Assembly (NCBI GenBank): GCA_051362555.1
Contig: CM120644.1
Span: forward strand, 3,480,954-3,544,953
Direction of reading: 5' to 3'
From: Lingula anatina
Taxonomy: Eukaryota; Animalia; Brachiopoda
DNA length: 64,000 nt
Part shown: piece by piece, positions 62,258-64,000 of the stretch
How the letters are laid out: each line of letters begins with the position of its first letter
How positions within the stretch are numbered: the first letter of the stretch is position 1
The notes under the pieces: model-generated
What the model was told of the DNA's origin: nothing
What the model saw: only the letters and a program-made list of their open reading frames with translations
Databases searched by the model: none
Position numbers and translations under genes: made by a program

Positions 62258-64000
62258 AAGTTAAGCCACATCATTTTTAATGGCAGTGCACAAAATAGGC
62301 GTATTTTCATACTGATGCAAAATCGCATACTGATTAACAGCATAATCACTACCAATTTTTATTATCTACTATACATGCAGAAAATGTAAGTACCTCATGG
62401 CATCAAGCCCATGGGATACCTAAGTCAGATTCCAATATTTGGAAATAAAAAAAAAAATCATTTCTTCAGGAACAAGAAGAAGCTGTATTATAGTTTTCTT
62501 TAAACAATAATTCCCATGGTACTGTCCAAAACAGGGTTTTCTTTTCATGCAGTATTATGTATTACCATAGAAGTTTTCTCTACTTCTATGGTATTACCTA
62601 ACAGCATAATCACTATCAATTTTGATAATATAATATAATATAATATAATATAATATAATATAATATAAGTGTCATGGATATTCAGAAAATGTGCCTGGCA
62701 ATTGCCATTCGGCCAATGGAACTTAAATGTCACGCCTTGAAAATAGCAATATGGAAAAAATGAAAAGCAACAGTCAACATAACTGTTGGAAAAAATAGGC
62801 CCAATCAAGCTGGTTTTCGAACTCAGCCTGTATTTCAGTAATATTGATTACTCCTATCAGTTTGAAAGACAATAGGTATATCGTTTCTCCTTAAAATCTT
62901 TTTTGCATAAACTATATATGCTAAAAAACAGTCACGTTGGTTTTCAAATTTGAGCTGTAGAGGTATTCATCATTTCTGTAAGTTTGACGGCATTAGGTCA
63001 AACGGTTTTCCATGAGAAGTGGTATCAGTATAGTACATAATGTAATATATACAATAAAGCATAACATTTGAAGTTAAGATGTACAAACTAGCGTCCTATA
63101 AGTGTGAAGACAAAAGTTCAACTGGCATTCCACCAAATGTATTATCAGTGCTGCCGTTAGTATAATATACGCTGAAGAAAAAAAAATCAACCAAGCTGAA
63201 AGTTTGAAATTCATCGGTAACATGGTTTATTGGTCGTTACAGCATCAGTGTCAAAAAAGTGTTTTCTTCAACTCTGATGCAATAGTCCATAATGCTGAAC
63301 AACATCATCACCACATTTTTTTCTATAAAATAACATATGTATCATGGATATTCAGAAAATGTGACTAGCAATGGCATTCAGGCCAATAGAAGCTCAAGGG
63401 CACACCTTGAAAATGTCATGATGTGATAAATGAACATTTTACAAAATTGCAGAACTTAACAAAATAAAAATAAATAAATAAATGAATAAATAACTTCAAG
63501 AGGATCAAGCTGACTTGACCTGTATTATAGTAATATTGGTCACACCTGTGATTTTGAAGGCAATAGGCCTATTGCTTTTCCTTGAAATATGTTATTTGTA
63601 TTGCTGTAGTATATATGTATGGTGAAAAAATAGATGACTTTTTGAAAAATGGCCCTATCAAACATTACTATTATTCACCAGGCCTGTAGATTTGATGACA
63701 ATAGGTTAAACTTTTTCCATTTATCGTGTTATCTCTGAAAGGGCAGGTGACACAGCATGTCTGTACATAAAAAGAAAACCGTGTAGCTTATTATCCTCAT
63801 ACTATAATAATGATTTTTAGAAATAAATTTTAACTGATATTGGAAAATCAGTCTGATTGCATTATTTTCCTTGAAGCTATGAAAATTATGTTCTCCATGT
63901 AACATTGCTATTCAGAAAAAAGTGACGAGCAAAGGATTCCAGGTCCATGGGAAGTCAATATCACGCCCTGGAAATAGTTTTTTATCAGAGTATTTTTTGT

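Noticed and set aside
58931-62355. ORFs with IY, VC, poly-F or poly-I runs
   Set aside because: They arise from (TA)n, (TG)n, poly-A and (ATT)n microsatellites.

Overview
AT-rich eukaryotic (metazoan, probably invertebrate) genomic DNA with spliceosomal introns; no prokaryotic operons, rRNA, tRNA or CRISPR arrays were seen. About the first 39 kb is decayed and nested mobile DNA. It holds L1/Tx1 and L2 LINEs, a Tc1 family, and a DIRS/Ngaro-type tyrosine-recombinase retroelement (28.5-34.3 kb) with split direct repeats and an SGNH-hydrolase ORF placed 5' of gag. It also holds a THAP/ISL2EU-like remnant, an intron-containing Ginger1 transposon lacking its catalytic core, several MITEs, and a locally repeated non-coding module. 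The host genes are an immunity-related GTPase (IRG/IIGP-like) locus on the + strand and a convergent multi-EGF gene on the - strand that is growing by exon-cassette duplication. The IRG locus has one P-loop exon but two duplicated, in-frame, phase-compatible terminal exons, which suggests alternative-last-exon diversification. All calls are by eye from motifs, splice sites and repeats; no database search was run, and boundaries of decayed repeats are approximate.
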